From Ignisphaera sp. (lineage in GTDB: Archaea; Thermoproteota; Thermoprotei_A; Sulfolobales; Ignisphaeraceae): a stretch of DNA of 64,000 bases. The stretch's first letter is position 1. Every line of letters starts with the position of its first letter. Below the pieces are notes generated by a model that saw only the letters and a program-made list of their open reading frames with translations, searched no databases and had not been told where the DNA came from. Of this stretch, positions 15,002 through 24,301 are shown piece by piece. The position numbers and the translations under genes were made by a program. The stretch spans positions 113,719 to 177,718 of the forward strand of contig JAWAHS010000003.1 of the NCBI GenBank assembly GCA_038889075.1, written 5' to 3'.

Positions 15002-16327
15002 ATGGAGTTTGGCAATGTGGTAAATATAGCTGGTTTTAAATTTAGAATACTCTTTTATAAACCTGGATACACCCCTCACTATGCTGAACATGTTACCGAT
15101 CCTAGAGATGGTAGGGAAAAGCTTGTTCTCGCAGATCCGCATAACAGATTCAGTACCATAATTTACGATACTGTTAGAGGAGTTATAGAAGATGAGATAA
15201 AGATTGTGGATGGCCGTATTCCAAATCCACATACAGCTCACATGGTTATGGAAAAAATTCCTGCAATTAATGCTGAACCTGGCGATATACTGTGCCCTGA
15301 TAGAAGTGGTAGATGGGTGGTAATAGATAGAGATTCACATAGAATTAAATGGAGTTTGCTTATGGATGATTCTGAATGGCCTCACGACATACTGCCCTCA
15401 TCTGATGGGAGAGGAGTTGTAGTTACGGATTATGGTGCTGGTGGCCATGGTGGTTTTGTAAGAAAGGTTTTATTTAATGGTACAACCATATGGAATGTCC
15501 AAATGTTTAAAGCAGCAAAGATTTCAAAAGTATTTGGTTCAACAGCAAGTGGCATGCATACTAGCTCCTTTGGTGGTAACTATATAGTTGCACAAAATAA
15601 CGATATTGCCGGAGTGTACGAGATAGATGAAAACGGTTGTATTGTATGGCAATGTCCTAAAGAAATAGGAAGCTCGAATAACTTTTGGCCCTTTAAACCA
15701 CATAGCGCATTTAGAATGGGACTTGCTGAGGCTGGTGGAAATCTAACTATTATGGGGCTTGAGGCAGGTGGAGGCATAGTAGCTATAGATTACTTTTGTA
15801 GACCTCGATGGGGAGTAATGTCAGTATACAGCATCTATCCAACTCTATACTATAAACCAAGTAGATATGGTCTTATGGAAACAACACATGTATTTCCAAC
15901 ACTTAGAGGAACTGTAGCTGCTATAGATTGGAGAGGGTATTCGGGTTCCATGATAATCGAATTGCTTGAGATACCCAGGACACCACTTTCATGGATTCTA
16001 TCGTGGGATTTGGATCCCGGTCCTAGAGGTGTATGGCTGGATCCTCCTCTAGAGGTTCTCGATTTTGATTTCATTGTAGTATCACTAACCAATATAGGTA
16101 ACGGTCCGGTGAAATGGCATCTATACGCATCCATGCAGCCCATTCTTACAGAAGAACACTTCGATAATCTATGGCGTAGCATAGCAATAGGTACACTAGG
16201 TGGTGGTGACACAGTATCTATTGAGGTGGATAACAGGATGAAACGGTACACCTTCTTGAGGCTTAGAGTTGATAGAGGTATTGAGGCTGTACCATCAAAG
16301 GTCAGGACTGTTGTGACATGGTATTAA
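15002..16327 (+). CDS. Beta-propeller protein (arylsulfotransferase-like blades) with C-terminal beta-sandwich
   Basis: Blade motif WPHDILPSSDGRGVVVTD, repeated xPH motifs, EIDENGCIVWQ; 441-aa ORF with SD-like GGATG. Confidence 0.6.
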   Translation: MEFGNVVNIAGFKFRILFYKPGYTPHYAEHVTDPRDGREKLVLADPHNRFSTIIYDTVRGVIEDEIKIVDGRIPNPHTAHMVMEKIPAINAEPGDILCPDRSGRWVVIDRDSHRIKWSLLMDDSEWPHDILPSSDGRGVVVTDYGAGGHGGFVRKVLFNGTTIWNVQMFKAAKISKVFGSTASGMHTSSFGGNYIVAQNNDIAGVYEIDENGCIVWQCPKEIGSSNNFWPFKPHSAFRMGLAEAGGNLTIMGLEAGGGIVAIDYFCRPRWGVMSVYSIYPTLYYKPSRYGLMETTHVFPTLRGTVAAIDWRGYSGSMIIELLEIPRTPLSWILSWDLDPGPRGVWLDPPLEVLDFDFIVVSLTNIGNGPVKWHLYASMQPILTEEHFDNLWRSIAIGTLGGGDTVSIEVDNRMKRYTFLRLRVDRGIEAVPSKVRTVVTWY

Positions 16328-16542
16328 CTCCTCATCCTGAATACTACTTCAGTATACCCACACCCCCCACATATGTGAAGCTCTATGGTCGAATACTTCT
16401 TTAGCAATCTCTCTAATTCGCCTCTAATACTTTTAGATACTGCCATAAATAGGGGTATGGGTAGTTCGAATGGCAATGGAAATCGATATACATCTATGTT
16501 ATTAGAGCCGCATTTAGGACACACATCCATAATCTTCACCAA
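16324..16542 (-). CDS. Zinc-ribbon protein (DUF2082-like)
   Basis: CPKCGS...CGGCGYTE; SD GGTGA before ATG. Confidence 0.7.
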   Translation of the reverse strand: MVKIMDVCPKCGSNNIDVYRFPLPFELPIPLFMAVSKSIRGELERLLKKYSTIELHICGGCGYTEVVFRMRS

Positions 16543-16735
16543 CTCAACTCATTATAAAAGCTTTTTATAAATTAATATGATTTCTCTCAGTCTTCTCAGC
16601 GATTTATTTAAGAAATGACTATCTCAATTGTTTTTAGGTATGGAAATCGTATCGGAGATTAACGTATACCTGTTTCATAGACAAGTGGGATATATTTAAA
16701 AGAATTAAAGGTGAAGCGGCCTACCTTCATCAAAG

Positions 16736-17620
16736 CTATACCTCTATACTCTTTATAGACTCTATCAACTCCTTACTATATATTTCTAAAAGCTCCCTAC
16801 TAAACCATTCCCTATACGCATTTTCAGTTTTTAATGCCGCTGCTGCTATGCCTCTGACTACAGATTCGACTATACTCATTCCCATAGCTCTAAAGTATCC
16901 TGTGACGGCAAGCAGTATATCACCTGCTCCAACATCATCAACGGTTTCTACAGGAAGCGATGGTATGTACAGAACCTCATTATTATTCACAAGATATAGA
17001 CCTCTATAGTCTAGGCTTACTAAAAACGATGTTCCACCAATTGAACTGAGATCCTTAATGTACTTAATAATATCCTTCTCCTCATCAGTAAAACAGAACT
17101 CTCTTACATTACCATGGACGATATCTGTATTTAATAACACCTCCACCGAATTCCATTTCCATAAACATTTTATATCATCGTTAGATCGTTCTCTTACAAA
17201 TCCTTGAATATCGATAGCTGTAATCTTTGGATTGAATTCTTTAACTTGAGCTATCTGGTGCTCAAGAACTTCATTCATTATTGGCGTTATGTATATAGCT
17301 TCAAATCCATAAATTTTTGCATATACTTTAACAGCCTCCATATCTATTATGGGACTGGAACCTCTAAAGCCAACCGCTCTACCACCACTTATGATGAATA
17401 TGGGCGAAGCGTCTGCTCCAAGCTCAATAACCTTTATACCATAGAGATCCAGGGTACCTCTTATCAATCCCCTGACATCACTTGCTATGTGAGTAGCTAC
17501 ATATACGTCTACACCAAGATACTCAGCTAATGCTCTACCACCATAGTATCCAGAACCACCAACTCTATACCGTCCATTTACATCATCAATCGTTATATTG
17601 CCTATAAAAAGTGCTCTCAC
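16736..17620 (-). CDS. PfkB/ribokinase family carbohydrate kinase
   Basis: GNITID...VGGSGYYG N-terminus, DIQG, DDVGAGD catalytic motif. Confidence 0.88.
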   Translation of the reverse strand: MRALFIGNITIDDVNGRYRVGGSGYYGGRALAEYLGVDVYVATHIASDVRGLIRGTLDLYGIKVIELGADASPIFIISGGRAVGFRGSSPIIDMEAVKVYAKIYGFEAIYITPIMNEVLEHQIAQVKEFNPKITAIDIQGFVRERSNDDIKCLWKWNSVEVLLNTDIVHGNVREFCFTDEEKDIIKYIKDLSSIGGTSFLVSLDYRGLYLVNNNEVLYIPSLPVETVDDVGAGDILLAVTGYFRAMGMSIVESVVRGIAAAALKTENAYREWFSRELLEIYSKELIESIKSIEV

Positions 17621-17633
17621 AATTTACACCAAA

Positions 17634-18794
17634 TTAGAGGGCCTCTAAATAAATGGCTCTAATGGTTTCCCTAGATACCTCTATAGGTGCCTGCTTTAAT
17701 GCGTACGACAATACATTTTCAACTGTTTCAACAACTCTATCAGCATCGTTAACTGTAAACCCATAGTTGCTTAACCTTTCACTGAATCCTACTGATTGCT
17801 GAAATCTCCTTACAGCCTCACCTGCCTTTATACTATCACTAGGGTCTGGTTGTATTGATGGATCTAAATGTCTTAGAATCCTATGCAGGATTTCGTATTC
17901 ACTGGCATATAGATACGAAATCGCAGCTGGACCTAGCATAGCGAGACCTGCACCATGTGGCAAGCTTGTATTTAGACCGCTAAGAACATTCTCTATTGCA
18001 TGTATTAGATGTGCCCTACTATTATCTATAGCTATACCTGCCAACATAGAAGCATAGAGCAACCAGAATCTACAATCCAAATTTCTCAAATCTCGAACTG
18101 TACGAGGAAGCCATTCACTAATCACTTTAACGACTTCCTCGGCCATAGCCACTATATATGGTGAGGAATTCCTGCCACATGCAGCCTCAATGGCATGGTA
18201 AAATGCATCAAGGGTTGTATAGATTGTCTGATTTATTGGTAGTGATAATAGATACCTTGGATCATCAATACTTATAGCGGGATACATGTATTCAGATGCC
18301 AATCCTACTTTTGTTCTAGGCTGCTCTATAGTTACAACGGCGTATCTATTAACCTCGGAACCTGTGCCATGGGTTAAGTTAATAGCTATTACCGGTATAG
18401 AGCCGCAGAATTTTCCTGGATCAGTTATATAGTCCTCTACAGTACCGCCACATTCAGCAATTACACTAGAGATCTTTGCAGTATCAATAACACTACCACC
18501 ACCTATAGCTATAATACTATCAGCTCCAAACCTCCATATATCTGCTGAAACCTCGTTAACTATATCCTTGGATGGATTGGGCAAAACTCTATCGTATATT
18601 CTATAGAGTATCTTGAACTTCTCCAATATTGTTATTACATCATTTAGAGCTCCGCTAGTTTTTGCCGCACTACGGCTTGCCACAATGTATATTCTCTTCA
18701 TATTTGACACAAATCTTTCCATATTTTGTACGGCATTAATGCCGAAGTAATCTATAGTTCTACCACTTCTTATACTAAAGCTTCTAAGCTTCAT
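17634..18794 (-). CDS. Iron-containing alcohol dehydrogenase
   Basis: GGGSVIDTAK, THGTGSE, DAFYHAIE, HLIHAIE, PHGAG. Confidence 0.93.
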   Translation of the reverse strand: MKLRSFSIRSGRTIDYFGINAVQNMERFVSNMKRIYIVASRSAAKTSGALNDVITILEKFKILYRIYDRVLPNPSKDIVNEVSADIWRFGADSIIAIGGGSVIDTAKISSVIAECGGTVEDYITDPGKFCGSIPVIAINLTHGTGSEVNRYAVVTIEQPRTKVGLASEYMYPAISIDDPRYLLSLPINQTIYTTLDAFYHAIEAACGRNSSPYIVAMAEEVVKVISEWLPRTVRDLRNLDCRFWLLYASMLAGIAIDNSRAHLIHAIENVLSGLNTSLPHGAGLAMLGPAAISYLYASEYEILHRILRHLDPSIQPDPSDSIKAGEAVRRFQQSVGFSERLSNYGFTVNDADRVVETVENVLSYALKQAPIEVSRETIRAIYLEAL

Positions 18795-19108
18795 AACAAT
18801 TCACCACGTTTTTCTACAAATAGCTGGATACCTCTAATTTTAAGTTTTCACTATGAATAGTTATAAATGTGCCTCAGTATTATAAAGATGATGTACCTTG
18901 ACTATCCGTACAATTTCAATCACAACATAGCTATTTTCATTCCAAAATTTATTAGCTTACTATTTAGATGAATAACGCTACCCTAACTCTGCACATTAGT
19001 ATTCATAGCCATCATAGAGAAGAGTATATACGGTTATGAATCTGTAAAAATAACTCTAGAAAAACTTATGTTATCAGGAATACGGAAATTACAATATGGC
19101 GAATCTGT

Positions 19109-19417
19109 ATGGAGAAATTTGGCCCAGAGGTGAAAAACCTTATACGTAGGCTTCTAGAAAGCATCCCACTATATTTTGATAGGAATCTAACCTTAAACTC
19201 TGACGGTAGACGACTCTTATCACAATTACTTAGATATCTACTATACGAACACCAAGAATATAGGTATCTTGCTAGAGAAATTAGAAAGAATCCAACTATA
19301 GAGAATGTTATAAAACTTGCAAGGATTATTCTATCATCAGATGAAATTAACAAAATTCTAGACATACAACTTAAAGGTCTATATGAATACTCTATAGACA
19401 GTGCAGATCATAACTGA
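19109..19417 (+). CDS. Hypothetical helical protein (102 aa)
   Basis: ORF with amphipathic-helix composition; no recognised motif. Confidence 0.6.
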   Translation: MEKFGPEVKNLIRRLLESIPLYFDRNLTLNSDGRRLLSQLLRYLLYEHQEYRYLAREIRKNPTIENVIKLARIILSSDEINKILDIQLKGLYEYSIDSADHN

Positions 19418-19531
19418 AATTCTCTACCACTAACCATTTCAGCATCTTATTGAAACATCCTTACCTCTTAGAAGCGGCTCAATCTTCTAATAAACTGTTT
19501 AGATGATGCCTGTTAGAATGTATGATATACG

Positions 19532-19750
19532 TTAGCAATCCTTTCCACAAACTTCCTCAATACGTCTCGTCAAAATGTTGATAATAATGTCCACAACTTC
19601 TGTAGAATAAAACTTTGATAGAACACCCCTAACATCGTTATACTTAAAAAGTTGAATAAAACTTTTGCCGGAGACTATTTCTATAAACTGGATAAAGCCA
19701 GGTATAATATTGCTGGAAACTCTCCTTACACAAATCTCATAACCATCCAT
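19532..19750 (-). CDS. Small helical hypothetical protein (about 72 aa)
   Basis: ATG at 19750 with SD GGTGG; own TATA-like TTAAAG upstream; Cys near both termini. Confidence 0.6.
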   Translation of the reverse strand: MDGYEICVRRVSSNIIPGFIQFIEIVSGKSFIQLFKYNDVRGVLSKFYSTEVVDIIINILTRRIEEVCGKDC

Positions 19751-19835
19751 ACCCACCACCGGGGATCGACACAGAAGTAGATAGGGTTAGGAAGGGTTAT
19801 ACACTTTAACAGGAAAAAGATGGTGATTAACACAA

Positions 19836-19852
19836 TAAAAAAGTTTAAAAAC
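19836..19852 (-). terminator. Oligo-T archaeal terminator after the peptide gene
   Basis: Minus strand reads GGGTTTTTAAACTTTTTTA shortly after the stop codon at 19866. Confidence 0.5.
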
Positions 19853-19865
19853 CCTCTAGTAAGAT

Positions 19866-19997
19866 TTAGAATGCGCTCCGGGTTGGAGGTAGAGGATCTC
19901 CGCCTGCAAGGGCAGCAGTCTTAGCAGTAGCTATAGCTACTGCAACAGCTGCTACCTTAATAGCGGGCATGTATCTAGCTAATTTAGAGTATTTCAT
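19866..19997 (-). CDS. 43-aa putative secreted peptide precursor (MKYSKLARYMPAIKVAAVAVAIATAKTAALA|GGDPLPPTRSAF)
   Basis: ATG at 19997 with GGTG SD, TATA-like TTCAAAAATA upstream and T-tract downstream; basic n-region, Ala/Val h-region, A-L-A cleavage motif. Confidence 0.6.
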   Translation of the reverse strand: MKYSKLARYMPAIKVAAVAVAIATAKTAALAGGDPLPPTRSAF

Positions 19998-20163
19998 GCC
20001 TAGACACCAGTTAGAATCTAAGATACGTATTATTTTTGAAAAAATCATAATGTAGTCTATTATCAGTTTTCCTCTGCATAGGGATAACAATATATATAGC
20101 TTCTCCATATAGATAAGCTAGAGTAGTAACCTGAATTATATACTATCCATACCGTTGATATCT

Positions 20164-21306
20164 ATGGGTAGCGACTTTATTGCGAGAGCAGATATCCTCG
20201 AAAGAATATATATTGAGAATACCGTTACATCTACGAGGCTTTCTAAAGCTATTGGAATAGATTATAAGAAGATTGTCTCCATGTTTAATATCCTTAGAGA
20301 TCGCTATGGAGTACATGTATGGGTTGATATTCTACAGAGTAAATTAGGCTTGGGTCTAGTGCTATTAATCCTAAAAGGTCTTAGACTTAAACCACCTAGG
20401 GATCCCAGGATCTGGAGCGAAATTGCTGTAAGGCTTCCATATCCACGCTCTATCGCCTGGACACCTACAGGTGAACTACAGATGGTTTTTCAGAGCCCTC
20501 TAAGAACTGATGTTATAAATGTTGAAAATGTCAGAGAGTTCGTAGCAGTTAGCCAGAAATTTGACTTTGTCCTAAGATCTAAACCGCTGGTAGAACTCCT
20601 CAATATGTTTGTTGATCTAGAGTTCAGAGAGCTTGTGGAGAGGGGGCTTGATATAGCTATGGAACATAGATATAGATTGGATAGAGAATATGTTTTATCT
20701 CCTAGAAAATTTGATGGGCTCGATCTAGCTATTTTAAATGTTCTAGAGCCTCATCCTGAAATCACCTTAAGAAGACTGACCCAAGAAGTTAACAAGGCTC
20801 TAAATAGAGAATATTCTGTAGCAAGCATAGAGTATCATTTAGATAAGCATGTTGAGAATATGATTCTCGGCTATAGGGTCGCAAACTATGCACCAAGCTA
20901 TAAACTATCTGAAACCGTATCTATCGTAATTCTTAGCTGTAGAGATCCTTTAGATCTGTGTTCTAGAGCCATTTCACATCCCTTTATAATATCCTGTGTT
21001 GGCAATAGCCATAATGGTGTTGCTGCAGCTAATATCTGTGCTCCATCTGAATATCAAGGATCCTTTACACTTAGATTTATAGAGAAGAGTCAGTCATATG
21101 AATGTAGCGAAGCTTTAGCACACATTCAATACCTGGCCATACCACCATACATGGCAGCATTTGCTGTTCCTAGACCTAGACCTAAGGGGCATGTTCAAGC
21201 TATGGATGAAGCTAGAGTAGAATATGATCCTCGTTCGAGATCTTGGGGAGCGGTCATAGATGTTAAACATGTCATCGATATTCTTACAAACTATCTGGGC
21301 TTCTAG
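20164..21306 (+). CDS. Tandem (duplicated) Lrp/AsnC-like winged-HTH transcriptional regulator
   Basis: N-terminal HTH (STRLSKAIGIDYKKIVSMFNILR) plus SKLGL linker; second HTH FDGLDLAILNVL...ITLRRLT...SIEYHL; TTATATA upstream. Confidence 0.72.
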   Translation: MGSDFIARADILERIYIENTVTSTRLSKAIGIDYKKIVSMFNILRDRYGVHVWVDILQSKLGLGLVLLILKGLRLKPPRDPRIWSEIAVRLPYPRSIAWTPTGELQMVFQSPLRTDVINVENVREFVAVSQKFDFVLRSKPLVELLNMFVDLEFRELVERGLDIAMEHRYRLDREYVLSPRKFDGLDLAILNVLEPHPEITLRRLTQEVNKALNREYSVASIEYHLDKHVENMILGYRVANYAPSYKLSETVSIVILSCRDPLDLCSRAISHPFIISCVGNSHNGVAAANICAPSEYQGSFTLRFIEKSQSYECSEALAHIQYLAIPPYMAAFAVPRPRPKGHVQAMDEARVEYDPRSRSWGAVIDVKHVIDILTNYLGF

Positions 21307-21432
21307 TTAAATTCCAGAATTCTTATCCATCTATACAACACGTAAAACCGATGTTTATACCAGAATTGGCTTGATGGTTAGTTGAGTTAAAGGCTTTATC
21401 TGCTTTGTTAGCTGATTATGTGTTAGACTGCC

Positions 21433-22464
21433 CTATTTTGTTGGATAGGATGGTGCTAGTATATTTTTAACTGCTGTTAGATCTATGACTTCCTCTGCTA
21501 TGTCTATACTCCTAGCAAGAATTCTTGAAATAGCATCTAAGAGTCTTGTAATTGTCGGATGTTTTGCAATATCTTCACTATGTATCTTTCTAATCTCCTC
21601 TTCTACAGCTCTCAACCTCTCCACCTCTCTAATAACCTTTACAGCGCTCTCCTTATCAATTGTTATAAATGCTTCAGCAACCTTCCCAAACACGTCTAGA
21701 GCACCTTTATATACTTCAAGTATGTAGCTTGGTACCTTAGCTAAATTTAGCAACGTTAGTGAAATGTTTACTGCATGGTCTGCAAACCTCTCTATGCTCT
21801 TAATAAATAGTGATATATATATAGAGTCAATGTAGCTTAACCCTCTTCTACCCATTTCATACGGATCTGTAAGCGTATTTATAAGCTGTCTTAGTGCTAG
21901 GAGATATAGTTTGTCTACAAGATTATCTCTAGCTATAATAGCTTCTAAAACGTTTTTATCACTCAAATTCTCGATATACGCAACTATATCTTCGTGCATG
22001 GATATCGCTACCCTAATCATCCTCTTCATAGCACTGGTAAGATCGCTCAAATTAGGATCTACAACTACTTGTAGAGTAGTTGATGAGGCATCTTCATCGA
22101 TAACCTCTAAACCCATTAACCTTTCTCTTGAAAGAAGTATTGCTTCATTAACAACCTCCCTTTTAACTCCTTTATGTAATATCTTTATATTCTTTGCACC
22201 CGCTACATAACCTCCTATCACCTCTCTTACTATATCATGGATGCTATAACTTATATCGATTACTATTGTATATTCTTTTGGAATGCTAGCTACATGCTTA
22301 GATGGTATATAGAGTCTGATAGATAAATCTGGGAGAATCTCGAGCATAGCTTCCATTTTAGGCTCTAAACCGATTTCCTTAGCCCATAGAGTAGGTAGAG
22401 ATACTATATATGTTGAGCTTCCTATACGTTGAATCTTTCGCCTATATACACGCAGGGATATCAC
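21433..22464 (-). CDS. phoU: Phosphate uptake regulator, AbrB-PhoU fusion
   Basis: RKIQRIGSSTYIVSLP AbrB motif; DNLVDKLY and IERFADHAVNI PhoU motifs. Confidence 0.9.
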   Translation of the reverse strand: MISLRVYRRKIQRIGSSTYIVSLPTLWAKEIGLEPKMEAMLEILPDLSIRLYIPSKHVASIPKEYTIVIDISYSIHDIVREVIGGYVAGAKNIKILHKGVKREVVNEAILLSRERLMGLEVIDEDASSTTLQVVVDPNLSDLTSAMKRMIRVAISMHEDIVAYIENLSDKNVLEAIIARDNLVDKLYLLALRQLINTLTDPYEMGRRGLSYIDSIYISLFIKSIERFADHAVNISLTLLNLAKVPSYILEVYKGALDVFGKVAEAFITIDKESAVKVIREVERLRAVEEEIRKIHSEDIAKHPTITRLLDAISRILARSIDIAEEVIDLTAVKNILAPSYPTK

Positions 22465-22615
22465 CTATATTGAGGTATACTATATTGAGATATTTTACTT
22501 TATATGGACTATACATTTCTATAATATATATGTATAATTCGATTATGAATATGTATACTCTATATAGAAAATGTTTTCAAGCAACAGCCACATCTATAAC
22601 CATTCGGTGTACAAA

Positions 22616-23626
22616 ATGATGCCGCTGATCATAGCAGGACTAGGGATCTCCGCTCTTATGGCACTTTCCATGGGGGCAAACGATCTTGCAAACTCTATTG
22701 CACCAATAGTTGGTTCAAAAGTTCTGAACTTTCAACACACTCTAATACTGTTTTTTACCTCCTCATTTGTCGGCGCTGTGCTACAAGGTTTTATGGTTAT
22801 AAAGACTCTTGGCAAGGGTATTGTAAGCGACGTAGAACTTCTTGGCTCCATTTCAGCTTCTCTTGCTGCATTTATATGGATAATGTTGGCATCGATAAAG
22901 GGTATACCCATATCAACAACACATAGTATTACTGGTAGTGTAATTGGTATTGGAATGGCATACACATTCTTAGAAGGGAGAGCCGTATCCATAAATCTTG
23001 ATATCGTTAGCAAAATAGTATTAAGCTGGATAACGTCACCCCTCTCTGCTATGGCTATAGCAATCCCTCTCTATTTCTTAACCGAGAAGATGCTTGGTCG
23101 ATATAATAATAAGCATATAACACCGCTAGCTCTTGCCATGGCTATATTAGCTGCTTATAGCTTTGGCACTAATGATGTTGGAAATGCTATAGGAGTGTAC
23201 GTCTCTATAACTTCGAAAACTCTTAGCATACCAGATTCTACTACCATGCGGCTTCTAGCAATCTACTCTACAATATTTATTGGCCTAGGAGGAGCTCTAC
23301 TTGGTAGAAGGGTTGTTGAGACTATGGCATACAGGATAACGAGGTTGGATATCACAACATCTGTGGCAGCTAATGCAGATGCCATTGCTGTATTGCTCTA
23401 TACAACAATACCATATATACTCTTTGGTTATGGAATGCCCGTATCTACGACCTATGCTGCTGCTGGAGCCATTATTGGCGCTGGTATAGCTAAGTATAGA
23501 AGTTTAAAGGCGTTGAATTTAAAGCTAATACTATTTATAATGTTTGCATGGGTAATAACGCTTCCGGTAACATCATCACTTGCAATAGCTATTTATTCTC
23601 TTTTAAAGCATTTACTACTGGGGTGA
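22616..23626 (+). CDS. Inorganic phosphate transporter, PiT family
   Basis: GANDLAN and GTNDVGNA signatures, PISTTHS, PVSTT; ATG at 22616 with GGTG SD. Confidence 0.92.
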   Translation: MMPLIIAGLGISALMALSMGANDLANSIAPIVGSKVLNFQHTLILFFTSSFVGAVLQGFMVIKTLGKGIVSDVELLGSISASLAAFIWIMLASIKGIPISTTHSITGSVIGIGMAYTFLEGRAVSINLDIVSKIVLSWITSPLSAMAIAIPLYFLTEKMLGRYNNKHITPLALAMAILAAYSFGTNDVGNAIGVYVSITSKTLSIPDSTTMRLLAIYSTIFIGLGGALLGRRVVETMAYRITRLDITTSVAANADAIAVLLYTTIPYILFGYGMPVSTTYAAAGAIIGAGIAKYRSLKALNLKLILFIMFAWVITLPVTSSLAIAIYSLLKHLLLG

Positions 23627-23632
23627 ATCCGT

Positions 23633-24301
23633 ATAACATTTTGGTTGTGGATCTCAAAGGAAAGAAAAAGAGAAGTAATTAAAATGTGTATAGAACATAT
23701 CTCTAAGATTGTTAGTGTTGTAGAGTACGGTGTCAAGGTTCTTGAAAGCTACTCTACAAACAATTCTACTGAGCTATCCCATTGGTGGAAAGAGGTATTT
23801 AAAGCTGAAAGGGAAGCTGATGACATTAAGAGAAAGCTGATATTCGAATTGTCAAGTGAAGTATTTCACCCAATAGATAGGGAAACAATACTACGACTAA
23901 TATTAGGAGCCGATGATATAGCAGCCTATGCTAAGGCCTGGAGTAGAAGAGCTGTAATACTATCCTCTATACATGAGCCTTTACCTAATACTGTAATTAG
24001 AAAGATGTTGGAAATGGGTAAAAAGGTTTTAGAGGCTACAGGAATGGTAAAGAAATCCATTGAAAAACTTGTAGAAGAGCCTAAGGCTGTCCTAGAAATT
24101 GCTGATAGAATAGAACGTATTGAAGAAGAGGTTGATGATATTAGAATTGAAGTTTTCAATGAAATAATAACACTATGCGATACCCTCAAAACCTCATCCT
24201 GCATACTCTACAAAGAACTAATGGACTCTGTAGAGAATGCTGCAGATAAGTGCGAAGATGTTGCAGATATACTTAGAAGTTTGGCTCTTTTAATGATATA
24301 G
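23633..24301 (+). CDS. DUF47 / PhoU-like phosphate transport regulator; probable ATA start
   Basis: EREADDIKR, HPIDRE, ENAADKCEDVAD; follows PiT; SD GGGGTGA 6 nt before ATA. Confidence 0.88.
   Translation: MTFWLWISKERKREVIKMCIEHISKIVSVVEYGVKVLESYSTNNSTELSHWWKEVFKAEREADDIKRKLIFELSSEVFHPIDRETILRLILGADDIAAYAKAWSRRAVILSSIHEPLPNTVIRKMLEMGKKVLEATGMVKKSIEKLVEEPKAVLEIADRIERIEEEVDDIRIEVFNEIITLCDTLKTSSCILYKELMDSVENAADKCEDVADILRSLALLMI

Noticed and set aside
19998-20108. 80-aa version of the peptide ORF in the ORF track
   Set aside because: The extension runs through TATA-like promoter DNA; ATG 19997 has the SD and gives a coherent leader.
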